Assembly: GCF_963921235.1 (NCBI RefSeq)
Contig: NC_086102.1
Span: 126,232,001-126,296,000 of the forward strand
Direction of reading: 5' to 3'
Source: Mobula hypostoma
Lineage: Eukaryota
Length of the DNA stretch: 64,000 bases
Made by a program: the position numbers and the translations under genes. The notes beneath the pieces were generated by a model that was given only the letters and a program-made list of their open reading frames with translations, made no database searches and was not told the DNA's origin. Of the stretch, positions 12,893-25,054 are shown in pieces. How positions within the stretch are numbered: the stretch's first letter is position 1; every line of letters starts with the position of its first letter.

Positions 12893-14602
12893 TTTTTTTT
12901 TAATTTTATTTTTATTTGGATAAGGAGTTCACAATTATCATGTACTTTTTTCACACATATAACCTTTTCCATTTTTTTATATGTATAAAACTACAATTAT
13001 TTATATATTCTTAAGTACACATTGAGATGATATAAAAGCAAAATAAACATTTAAATAGATAATTATGTACTGTGGTAAATCTAACCTATTAGGCTAAGTA
13101 ATGAAATTAGTTGTTAAGAAAAATGGTAATAATAGTTTCCATACAACCCTTCTGGACCATTTCCACTGGTCCAAAATGTTGCATACAAGCCTATATACCA
13201 ACCATTGTAGGTGTTTATATCCCAATTTGTTCGTGCTTGTTCCTGCCCGCAGACATAATTATCCAATCCCTATGTACTTATTTACTTAATTTTTTCATTT
13301 TTTTTTATCCCTTTCCCAAATCTTTCCCTTTACTTGTGTTAATTCTCTATTTTCCAAAAAAAAACAACAACAAACATTTAGACTAGGGGTGCTTACGTTA
13401 GCAATATTACTGTGTTGATGAGAAGAGCAATATAAATCATTAGGAGAGTCATCTAAAGTCTGCTCGCATTGGGGTTATATATTCAATCCATTTATTCCAG
13501 ATTCGATAAAATGTTTCTTTTTGAGTTCTCAGGGAGTAGGTCAACTTTTCCATTTTAAATATTTCCAAGATAATTTCGTACCAATCTTCTAATGTAGGTG
13601 GTATTGGATTTAGCCATTTTCTAGTGATTGATTTCTTACTTGCCGCTAAGAGGGCCTGCAGCAACTTTATATCTTCCTTCTGTTCAAGGAACAATACATG
13701 CCCCAAATAGAGCGTCTCAAAGTTCAGAGGTATCTGGGACCTAAGTACCTTAACTAATGTTCTATGAATACCTTCCCAAAATAGACTTAATTTAGGGCAA
13801 TCCCAGAAAATATGAAAATGATTTGCCTCCTTAGAGCCGCATCTTCTCCAACACATCACATTTGTATCTTTATATTTTTCCTGATATGGGGTCTTGAAGT
13901 ATCTTATAATGTTATTCCAACAATGTTCTCTCCAAGTCAAAGAATTAGTCGAGGACCATTGAAAGCTGCAGATTTTCCCCCAAGCCTCCTCTGAAAGTAC
14001 CAACCCCGCTTCTTTCTCCCACTTCTCTTTAATATACAGTGTATTTACATTTTTAGCATGGGAGAGTGCATTATATAGGCGAGAAACTGATTTACTAGGT
14101 ATTGAACTGCAAGCCGAATTCAGAATCTTGAAAAATTCTAATTCTACTATTGATAGGTCTGTATATCTACAACTCTGGTTAACATAGTTTCGTATTTGAA
14201 GGTACCTAAAAAAGTCATTATGTTCTAGGCCATGTTTGTCCTGCAGGATTTGGAAACTTTGTAATACTCTTTTATCTATAAATGAGAGGTAGGTTGTAAG
14301 ACCTTTCTTTATCCATAGCTCAAATCTTTTATCTCCTCTGTTGGGAAGGAATTCGGTATCATATGCACACCATCTAAAGAGTTTTAGCATGTTATTAATT
14401 CCACATGAATTAACCACCTTCTGCCATACTTTTAATGTAAGATTTATCCAAGCATTATTAAATTTTTCCAACTGGGCCATCAATCCTTTGTCAGCTATTG
14501 AGGCCTGAAGAGGAAAACTGTCAACTAATCCAAATTCTATTTCCTTCCATCTAGCCTTATATTCCCTATTACACCAATATAACAGAGGGGTTATCTGTGA
14601 GG
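12893..14602 (-). mobile_element. 5'-truncated L1-clade LINE, young
   Basis: Uninterrupted ORF 13449-14618 with zf-RVT (CWRRCG..HIFWDC); A-rich tail at about 12893-12915; perfect 14-bp TSD ttgcatgacatttc (12879-12892 / 14603-14616). Confidence 0.93.
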
Positions 14603-14889
14603 TTGCATGACATTTCAAAGTAATTTGTTAGGTGTAATATAATTTGTAACACTTTGAGGTTGTTTGAATTCTAGTCTATTAACTGTGTAGAAGAATGGTG
14701 GCAAAGGCTGCATAACTGTAACTTTCCCCATCGAAGTGATCTATTACCTGAAGATCTGTTTATTGCATTAACATCCAAGAGAGAATTGTGGGAACTTACT
14801 GGATACAAATTGATTATTGGCTGTAGCTGTCAATGAAACCATGATTCCAGAAGAACAAGCATGTGTGTGGGGAGCAATCTTAATCAACT

Positions 14890-15510
14890 TATGAATTGTG
14901 GAAAAAAATTTTCAAATTTCCTTTAAGTATTTCCCCCTCACCATAAAAAGATTGACCATCTCTGGTATCTATGCCGCTTATAATTTTATAAGCAGCTAAG
15001 GTTAGCCTCTTAGCCTCCTGTGTTCCAGTGAAAACAATCCCATCCTATCTAGTCTCTCCTTGTAACTTTCTTGGCAACTTTCTAGTGCTATCACATCCTT
15101 TCTATACTATGGTGACCAGAACTGCATATAACATTGTAAGTGACCTAACCAATGTCTTGTAAAACTGCAACATGATGTCCTAACTCTAATCATCAATACC
15201 CCTGTCCATGAAGGCAAGCAAGCTAAATGTCTTTATTATTCACCTATTTTCAGAAAACTATGAACTTGCGCTCAAGGATCCTGCTGTACATCAATGCTCC
15301 TAAGGTCTTTCCGATTTACTTTGTATGTCTGGCTAGCATTAGACAATCCAGAATGCTTGCCTTGCATTTGTCTGGATTAAATTCCAATTGTCATAGATGC
15401 ATCCAATTTTCCAGCTGATCGATGGCTCTCCATATCCTTAGACAGACATCCTTGCTGTCTACAACTCCACTAATCTTTGTGACTCAAACAAACATGCTTA
15501 TCATTTGCAT
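14890..15510 (-). mobile_element. Old CR1-like LINE remnant
   Basis: tatggtgaccagaactgca and ttgcatttgtctggattaaattcca segments typical of CR1 ORF2 complement; heavily decayed. Confidence 0.55.
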
Positions 15511-18251
15511 AACAACGAACTCTCTTTTTCAAAAAAAATAATGGTAGCAACAGAGCATGTTGAACTTCTGGAAACTTCAGTTCCATCACTTGTTCTTACA
15601 TAGTTTCTTATAAGTATTTAGAAGAAAAAAAAATCATTTGGTTCTGGAGCATAAGATGGTTTTTTTCCCACAGGATAGTTAGCAAACCAATAAAGTTCAA
15701 GATGGTTTATTTAGGAAGATGATATGCATTGTCCCTCCTTGTCTTCCTCAATGGCTCAATAACATATTCTACCTCTATTGACAAGAACAGTGCTTTCATT
15801 CTTGTGTAGTTATGGCTTGCTCTTTCGTATTGATTTTCTGATGACACAGCAGTTTATGAAGAATTCACGCTTACCTATCATATCATCAAATTTTTTAGTC
15901 ATAAGATTGTACTGATATTGTTGTTTCTCAACATTTTGAGGTTACTTTTACCCAAGTGTTTAACCAAATCAGTATCACAAATCATTTCAAAATACATGAG
16001 TTAGCGCGGTGAAACAAAGCAAGTTATATTGGCAGAGCTACTGCTCATCTCTGAATTGTTATCCTACATCCTCCCATTTTAAGCACCCAAGGTTCAACTG
16101 TGTGTGAATATCTTCTTTTCAAAAAAGTTAAGAGTTGCTAGAATTGCTGCTTAGTTTTGACCTCCCCTTTTGAAAACAAAACGTGTTGGCATTTTACAAA
16201 GCAGCCAGCTTCTCCCTTTTCAAAAAAATACCTCACCATTAAGGTGTTTTTTAAAATAAAAACTTAAAACTCCCTTTTCCAAAGTCTTGAGTCTATCAGC
16301 TGAAGTGTGAGCCCATCTCTCCTGCAGTCTCAGTTTAGATGAATTACCCCTTTCATTTGCATCAGAACAACTATATAATACTCCCTCCCACCCTGTTCCA
16401 CCTTTGAATCAATTTAACCATGTTGTCCTCCACCAATGCCATTCCTTCAATGGAGTGCTTGGTTATCCTATTCCATGATTGCCTGCTCATTTGTAGTATT
16501 AGCATCTCTATCTAAATATCTCTTCTCACTTCAAAGGCACCCAATCTGTTCACCATGGATTCATCTGTGCCCATAATACTTGTTAATTCTGCATTCCTCC
16601 TCCTACTCTCTCCCCTACACCCACATACGTGCGTACGCACACATTCTCTTTACTGTCAGGCACAGAAATTAGGGGTGTGAACTGAAGATTAATTTAGAAT
16701 ATTAAAATTTTAAGAAGACAAAGAAGGAAAATGAAACTGATTTTCAAAAAAGATTCCAGAGCTTATGATCCAGACTGATGAAGAAACTTCCTCCAGTTGT
16801 GGGAGAAAGTAAGTTAGAATACATATGTACAATGAATACCAGACAAGAATCCAGAAACCTGGATTAACAGTCATCCTCCCTCAGCAGATGAATCAGAGCT
16901 CCTCTATGTTGAGCAATCCTTAGCAGAAGCCCTGAAAGAAGACAGTCACAAGAGTGGCTTTGCAGCACCACCTTAGACCAAGCTAGCCAAGTCCTAAAGT
17001 ACATGATGCCAGACCAGATTTGTGGCCGGTAATGAGTTGACCAGTACAAGGAATATCCCTACGTAACCTTGCTTATTTACCTTTTGCAGGCTGCATCTCC
17101 CAATGATAGCCTTGGTGGAAGTAACCACTGATTGGACTTGTGGAAACAAAGTCCTGTATTCACATGAAGGACGCCCTTCAGTGTCTTATGAAATCATGAA
17201 TATGCTAATTGTGAAAGTATTAAAAAAATGCAAACTCAAAATGCAGGACAAATCAAATTTAATCTGGCTAATTGTTAAACACTATGTCTACACTATATCA
17301 GCAAAGTGGTAAAAGTCATTGTCAAGAGGTGCTTTCTCACTGGTAACCCAAGTTGGCATTGGTGGGTAGGTTTAGTCAGAAAGACCAGCTCCATAGCTTC
17401 AGCTGTTTCAAATCGGACTAAAGAATTGAACTCCAGAGATGAGGTAAGAGTAACTTTCCTTGAGATCAAGGGAACATGTAACTTAATGTAGCATCAAAAC
17501 ACCCTGGTAAAGCTAAAGTCAAGGGGAAAGCATTTTAATGGATCAGTTTGTAGTTCATCCAAAGGTTGTTTGAAGTCAGTCAGTTCCAGGACATTACTAC
17601 AAGTGTTCCAGAAGATGGTGCCCTGCGAGCTATGATCAGTTGTTTCATCACGAGCTGGGAAGTTGCAATGTTCAATTCCATTACCAACTCATTGGAAAAT
17701 AATATAACCCATGTCCGCATGCATATAACAAGGTGCATAGCCTGAAATCTTGTAGATAAAATTAATTCTACAAAAATATCAGGTTATCACCATCTTCAAC
17801 AAAACAAAATCTGACTACCCATCCTTAATATTCAGATGCTGAATTCCACGCCATGTTTCACCATTATTTAGAAACTCAACTGGGCTAGACACAGTAACAC
17901 CCAAAAAACTGCTGACAGGCTGGGTGTCCTACCATTAATTGATTTGCCTCTTGATGGTCCACTGTCATTTTACAACCAACAGGACACATATCAGGAGTGT
18001 GATTGAAATATTCTCCACTTGCCTGGATTGGTGTGGCACCAAAAAATCTGAAGAGAGTGAAAACAGCCAACTTGTTCAGCACCTCATTAACCAACCTAAT
18101 TAATAATTCTCTCCACTAAGCTGCAGTGTATGTCCTCTACTAAAGGCACTGTAGTTGCTCATTCAAGTTGTGATCACACCTCCCAAAAAGAACAAGAGCA
18201 ATAGGCTTGAGGGAACACCACTGTCTTTCCATTCTCAGAAATACAGTATAT

Positions 18252-18955
18252 CAGCGGTCTCCAACCACCGAGCCGTGGACTGGTACCGGGCCACAAAGCA
18301 TTTGCCACCGGGCCGTGAGGAAACGATAAGAGTCAGCTGCACCTTTCCTCATTCCCTGTCATGCGCTGTTGAACTTGAACATATTGTTGCCAACTGTCCC
18401 GTATTTGCTGGGACATCCCGTATATTGGGCTAAATTGGTTTGTCCCGTATCTCCCCCGCTAAGGTAGAGCGTTCATGCCGAAATGGTGTGAAGCGAAGTA
18501 GCAATTGCCATTAATTTGTATGCAAAACATTTTTGAGTGTTCCTAGACCCAAAAAAAACCTAACAAATCATACCAAATAACACATAAAACCAAAAATAAA
18601 TAACATTAACATATAGTAAAAGCAGGAACGATATGATAAATACACAGACTATATAAAGTAGAAATAATGTATGTGCAGTATAGTCGGGAAGATGAATGCA
18701 AAACCGATTTGGGGGAAAAAATTGGCACGTACGCGCATGCGCACACGTGCTCGCGCAAGACTTCATGGTCATGATGGTCTTTCCTGTGGTAAAGTGTCCC
18801 GGGATTTGACTGCTACTTTTGTCCCTTATTTGGGAGTGAGAAAGTTGGCAACCCTAACTGTAAAAGACATAATGAGGTGAGTTTAACCCTACTTGAACAC
18901 CCCCCGCCCCCCCGGGTTGGCTGGTCCGCAGTGCAAAAAAGGTTGGTGACCCCTG
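18252..18955 (+). mobile_element. Composite hAT (Charlie-like) MITE
   Basis: TIRs CAGCGGTCTCCAACC / GGTTGGTGACCCCTG; perfect 8-bp TSD cagtatat (18244-18251 / 18956-18963). Confidence 0.92.
18382..18891. mobile_element. Nested second hAT element with TAGGGTTGCCAACT-type ends
   Basis: tattgttgccaact ... agttggcaacccta; 8-bp TSD cttgaaca (18374-18381 / 18892-18899). Confidence 0.75.
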
Positions 18956-19451
18956 CAGTATATCACTGCTTCTTCATTGTCACTGGGTCTAAATCTGCAG
19001 TCCCCTCTTCAACAGCACTGAATGGAGTTTTTTCACAAAAGGGAGAGCAGCAATTCAAAAAGGTAGTTACGGCCAACTTCTCAAGGGCAATTAGGGATAT
19101 AGCAATAGAAGTTACCCTTGTTGGTACCAAGATTTCAAAATAAACAAGTCAAGAGAGGAAGAGCACAGCATTTGAGATGTATGTGGTTGTGTAATTTACA
19201 AAGCTAGAGTACATGGAGGCATTTTTACACAGATGAACAATTTAAGGCATTGATGGGGTGAGCCAAAGAGATTGTAAGTTGAAGAGCAGAATTGCTTTGG
19301 GGCTGATGAGTGTATCTTTTTTGAAGAAGGTGTCTCCTAGCAGCTTTCGCACTTCATTGTACTGAGCCTCTTTCTTTACATAGATGTGCAGAATATTTAC
19401 ATTGCTTTGACGGATCGCAGTAATCATGTTTTTTCCCCCTCATCTTTGCAG

Positions 19452-19595
19452 GTAACCATGCCTGGGATCCAGTCAACAACCAGTCCAACAGTAACTTTAG
19501 TGCAATTGCCTAATGGCCAGACTGTTCAAGTTCAAGGAGTCATCCAAGCAGCTCAGTCATCAGTTATACAATCACCTCATGTTCAGACTGTTCAT
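19452..19595 (+). CDS. CREB1: CREB1-like exon, Q1 glutamine-rich domain (VTMPGIQSTTSPTVTLVQLPNGQTVQVQGVIQAAQSSVIQSPHVQTVH)
   Basis: tttgcag|GTAACC ... GTTCAT|gtaagt; 144 nt, phase 0-0; PTVTLVQLPNGQTVQV motif of CREB Q1. Confidence 0.95.
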
Positions 19596-19902
19596 GTAAG
19601 TACTGTGAAAATAATGTAGGATAATGTAATTGGGAGAAATGTACATAGTTCACAACCATTGACAATGAATTGGGGTTTCACTTTAAGGGGCCGGTCTGAC
19701 GTATTGGCGTTTTGCAAGGATTTTTCACGTGTTCTTGTGTTTAGGTTTCGGAGTTCAATAAAATGTTATGGGTTTCATTAAGCGTAAAATGCCTCACTTT
19801 GTTTCATTTGTGAAAACTCTCAATAGCAATATTCTCTATGGTGTAGGCATAGATCTATGGTGTAATCCAACGTTGACACCAAATAGTTTATGTTCTAAGG
19901 TT

Positions 19903-22900
19903 TGTTATATATAACATATAAAACGTGTTGCATATATAACATGAAATACATATAATAGGAATTATTTTCCTGGGATAATTTTAGATCAGGAGCAGGTCAG
20001 GGAAATTGGTTTAATATAGAACATAGAAAGGACATATGTACCACATAACCTACTGTATATTATGGGACTACTTCATGTTGTAGTAACACGTCATTGCATG
20101 CACTATTAGGCGCGTATTGATCTGTACATGTATGTTCAATTTGGTTTCAGTCAGTAAAGAACTCTGTTAACTTAGCTCCCGTCTCCAGCTTTGTTGTGTA
20201 ACCCGGCCACGTACACAACAAATAGGCGACGAGGTTAATGAACCTACATCATATCAGAACGCTGTGTTTTAATTGATAATGTCACTTGGAGGAAGAGCGC
20301 AAGGTACAAGCCAAGGCAGAGCGAGGCTGCGAGTCTGAAAGGAAACGGAAGCACAGCCACAGGTCAGGAACGTCGAGAGACCAAGAGACACAGTCGGAGC
20401 CGCAGCACGTCCAGCCAAGACCACAGCCGGCATTGACCTCAGGGACTGAGGGTCTGCCTGCCCCAGAAGGGAGATAAAAAGAAGCGACACACACATCTAG
20501 ACAGAGTGCACTCGTGGCGCTAGCAAAAAGGACACGTGAGTCAAAAAAAAGGAAAATAAGGGGAGAACAGGGCTTAATTAACATAACAAAGATGGTGATG
20601 ATTGGAACCATTACAGCATTTGATAGTGGCATTGAAGACTGGGCAACTTAGGCTACATCTACACTACGGCGGATAATTTTGAAAACGCCGGTTTCGAGTA
20701 AAAACGACAGGCGTCCACAGTAAGCATTTTTCAGATATCTCTGTCCACATTAGATGGATATTTGGGCGAATCTCCTCCTACTGGGCATGCGCAGGACACA
20801 CAGAAAACAAGCGAAGAGGAAACGATATACTTGGTGTGCGTTTGTCCAGTTACAGAGTAGAAAAACTTAAAAGGAATTACTCCTGGCTCTCGCGCAGGAG
20901 GACTTAAAACTTAAAAAAAAACAAATACCAGAGCGTATGGAGCCAACTGACAGGGAGTTCATGGACAGTATGACCCGGCTGACAACGAACATTGAAAAAC
21001 TGACTAACTCTGTTGCATTAATAAAGCACCTTGTTAAATGTATAAAACTTGTCTGCATCAGTGTATTCTTGTATTTCCATACAATGGTACATTAGGCTGT
21101 TACACATCTATTGTCAGAGAAGTACTTGCATAAGTAGGTGAACCACCTTCATACAGGCAAGGACAGAAAACAGGGCAAAGTGAGTATACTTATTTATTCA
21201 GTAAGCTATGGGTTAAAGTATTTGGTGAGTACATTTCTAACTCTTCTGGCTTCAGTCTCGTTGCCGTCTGTTCTGAAATTGTTAGGTTCTGCGAAGTGCA
21301 GAATCAAATATCGCTGTGATGATTGTAACTCTAGTATCAATTCTTTGGCGACAATAAAGTAGTAATAATAATAAGAAGAATAATAGTAAGAAAACAATGA
21401 AATGCCGCACTGTTGCCATCTGTTCTGGCACGTCATGACAGCGGTTTTAAAAAGCTCCGGTTACCCCGTATACACTGCAACGGATATTAGGCGTTTTCAG
21501 ATTTATTCACTCTGGAGACTGTTTCTGAAAATCTCCATTTTCGGGGGCTGAAAACGCCGTTTCAGTGTGGACGGAAGGCCAAAACGAAGAGAAGAAGCTT
21601 CGTTTTCAAAATTATCCGGTGTAGTGTGGACGTAGCCTTACTTTGAAAGAGTGGATTTATATTGTGAGGCTAATGGTGTTAATGATGAAAAGAAAGCCAG
21701 TGTTTTACTCAGTATTATGGGAGCAAAAACATACGGGCTGCTACGGAGTTTGTTAACCCCTAAAAAGCCAGCTGACAAAACGTTCAAGCAAATAGTAGAC
21801 ACCCTCCAACAGCACCTAAGCCCCAAACCACTGGTCATTGCTGAAAGATTTAAATTCCATAAACGGAATTAGAGCAAAAATGAAAGCATTTCTGAATATT
21901 GTGCTGAATTGCACAAATTACCAGAACATCGTCAATTTTGAGGGACAGGTTAGTGTGTGGCATGCACTGTGAAACCACACAAGAAGCTCCTGTGTGAAAA
22001 AGACCCTACATTTGAAAAAGCGCTAAACATCTCAATATCAACAGAAGCAGCGGCACAGGGTGCTTCCGAGATACAACAAAAATCTCTGGAATATGCCACA
22101 AATAAAATGTCACTGAACAGAAATGAAGGAAAGAAATGTTACTGTTGTGGGAACAGGTCACATGACCCTGATGATCGTTGGTTTAAAGATAAAGAATGCA
22201 GAAACTGTGGCAAACAGGGCCACATTGGCAGATTATGCAAAGCTAGTAAACAGCAGAATAAGGACAAAATACAGAGAAACAAGAAACCCCAGAAAGGAAA
22301 ATACAACAATGTGCACAAAATGAAAGAAAGCAATTCTGATGAAAACGACTCAGACAAATGTGAATTGTCTTGTCTGAAACTTCACAGCATGGAAGGGACA
22401 GATGATCGAAGAGTAATATGGATTACTCCACAAGTGGCAGGCATGAGACTGAAAATGGAGTTGGACGCAGGCTCAGCTTTAACAGTGATATCTGTACACA
22501 ACTACAAACGACTGTTTTCCCACATACCTCTGAAACGAATTAAACTACTGCTAAAGACTTACACAGGACAGAAAGTGCAACCCAAAGGTAAAATTAAAGT
22601 GGCAGTGACCTATGGAGACAAAACACAGCAGCTGAACCTCTATGTGCTGAAAAATGGAGACCGCCGTTGCTGGGACATGAATGGCTCAGGAAAATTCAGT
22701 TGGATTGGCACACCATCAAGGCACTAGATGTGTCAACAAAGGAGGGCAGCAAGGCTACATCTGAGAGACTGTCACAAATAATTGCTGACTCTGAGCAAGT
22801 GTTCATGAAAAGAATAGGAATACTTCAGAGCATGAAGGCAAAGATTGAGATTGAGGAAAATGCACGTCCAAAATTTCACAAAGCCGGACCAGTGCCAAAT

Positions 22901-23770
22901 GCAATCCGTCCTACAGTAGAGGCAGAGCTGAGAAATGTGGAGCAGACTGGGGTCCTGTCAAAGGTGGATTGGAGTGAATGGGCCACGCCTATTGTTCCAG
23001 TGATGAAGAAAACCTCCAGCACAAAACCAGGAAAACCAAACAAGGTGCGCATATGTAATGACTTTAAAGTGACTGTTATCCCAGTTCTCCGCACAGTACA
23101 GTATCCCCTACCCCGAATTGAGGACATTTTTGCTTCCTTGTCAGGAGGGGAACATTTCACAAAAATTGATTTGACCCAGGCTTACCTCCAAATGGAAATC
23201 GATGAAGCATCCAAGAAATACCTGACAATAAATACACACAAAGGGCTTTACCAGTACAACAGGTTGGTGTTTGGGATGGCATCAGCGCCTGCAATCTGGC
23301 AAAGGGCAATGGACCAGGTCCTGCAGAGGATTCCAGGGTCTCAGTGTTACCTGGATGACATCATCGTCACCGGCAAAGATGACGACGAACATCTTTCTAA
23401 CCTAAAATAAGTGCTCACCGGGTTACGAGAATAGGGGCTCAGAGCTAATGGACAGAAATGTGAGTTTTTCAAAAAGGAAATCTCATACTGTGGGCATGTG
23501 ATCAACAAGGATGGCTTACACATGTCTCAAGACAAGATAGAAGCGGTGCTTATGACACCACCACCTGAAAATGTGTCTCAGCTGAGAGTCTACTGAACTA
23601 CTATCACAAGTTCTTGCCTAACCTATCCACAGTCCTACAGCCACTAAATGCATTATCACAGACAGAGACACAGTGGAAGTGGACTGAGAGCTGTGAGGAA
23701 GTGTTTCAAGAAACTAAAGGACTCATAACTTCAGAAGGGGGGGCTCGCGCACCTTAACCCCTCCCAGCCA
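19903..23770 (+). mobile_element. Gypsy LTR retrotransposon, 3'-truncated (5' LTR, PBS, gag-PR-RT)
   Basis: LTR ends ..ACACAACA at 20220 (start uncertain); PBS-like GGCGACGAGG (tRNA-Ser type); gag from 20592; CCHC CRNCGKQGHIGRLC; protease LDAGS; RT YLDD; stops and frameshifts present. Confidence 0.9.
20651..21637. mobile_element. PIF/Harbinger non-autonomous element inserted in Gypsy gag
   Basis: ~37-bp imperfect TIRs GGCTACATCTACACTAC..GGATAATTTTGAAAACG; TTA TSD (20648-20650 / 21638-21640); removing it restores gag DWATYFERV. Confidence 0.92.
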
Positions 23771-23780
23771 CTTACACAAC

Positions 23781-24178
23781 AACATAGAAAACCTACAGCA
23801 CAATTCAGGCCCTTCAGCCCATAATGCTCTGCCTAACATGTACTTACTATAGAAATTACCTAGGGTTACCCATAGCCCTCTATTTTACTAAACTCCATGT
23901 ACCTATCCAGGAGTCTCTTAAAATATCTGACTCCACCACCGTTGCCGGCAACCTATTCCACGCACTCACCACTTTCTACGTAAAATAAAAACTCACCCCT
24001 GACATCTCCCTTTGTACCTACTTCCAAGCACCTTAAAACTGTGCCCTCTCATGTTAGCTATTTCTGCCCTGGGAAAAAGCCTCTGACTATCCACATGATC
24101 AATGTCTCTCATCATCTTATACACCTCTATCAGGTCACTTCTCATCCCTTGCTGCGCCAAGGAGAAAAGGCCGAGTTT
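23781..24178 (-). mobile_element. CR1 LINE 3' end
   Basis: Same family as 7680-7912; aacatagaaa tail complement. Confidence 0.85.
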
Positions 24179-25054
24179 ACTTCAATAATGGCAAGTGTGT
24201 GTTTACAGATTGATTAAGTTCCTAGTCCTTCTTTATTAAGCTTATTTTTGCTTACTTTAGTGAGGTTTCTGGTAGTGCTTTGTACTTTTTCAACAGTTGG
24301 ATTTCCACTTATTTCAGAGAAATCTTTGTTGTAAATACAACACAGATCAGCAGTGATTTATTACCATTCTCCCTTTGTTTTCCTGATTTTATTGATGGTG
24401 CTGAAATGAGCAGTAGCATTGATGTTATTGTAGGCACTTTTGAGATAAGTTCCAAGAGACGAGGGCAGGTAAATGAAACTTGAGTTAACATAAAACTTCA
24501 CTTCTATGATTTTATTTGCTGAGCATGTATTTGGATTTATTGTCATTGGATTCCACCTCTCATTAAATGTCTCAATTGGCAACTTCTTCTTATCTTCAGG
24601 AATGTCTTGTCACAGTTTTCTCTTCGATGAAATTACTATGGGAGAGGAAGTTGCCACTTGGGCCATTGAGTCTGCGCCAGTTTGTTATAGGACACTTGTA
24701 TCTGTTTCATTTTCCCACACCCCTATGAAGTTATTTTTTCACAAGTGATTTTTCATTTACTTGCTGAAAACATTTTCTTACCACATCCAAATGAAAAAAA
24801 AAGTTCAGGTAAAAATATTGTTTTTACAAAAGCTTCTCTACCTGCCACCCTCCTCATATCTTGTGTCCATATTTTAAATCTCTACTCCTTGGTCCTTGAG
24901 ATATTGATTAATTCAACCAACTTCCTATTATTTACTCTGTACAGACAAGTCATAATCTTGTAAACTTCTCTCCTTTGCTTGAAGGAGAACATCCCTAAAT
25001 ACTGCAAACTTGTATCAGTAAAGCGAAAAAAACTGCAGGTACCGAATATCATGA

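Larger units (their letters stand above)
17330..19140 (+). mobile_element. Old CR1-group LINE remnant interrupted by a hAT element
   Basis: Decayed RT-like sequence with 3' tail ttctcaagggcaattagggat also seen near 780-800; similar remnant at 47230-48420. Confidence 0.5.

Noticed and set aside
13449-14618. 389-aa ORF as a host gene
   Set aside because: It is the C-terminus of L1 ORF2; the apparent start lies in the flank/TSD.
17065-17135. Strong-looking acceptor ccttttgcag as a cassette exon
   Set aside because: No family-like peptide or convincing donor; cannot be supported without RNA data.
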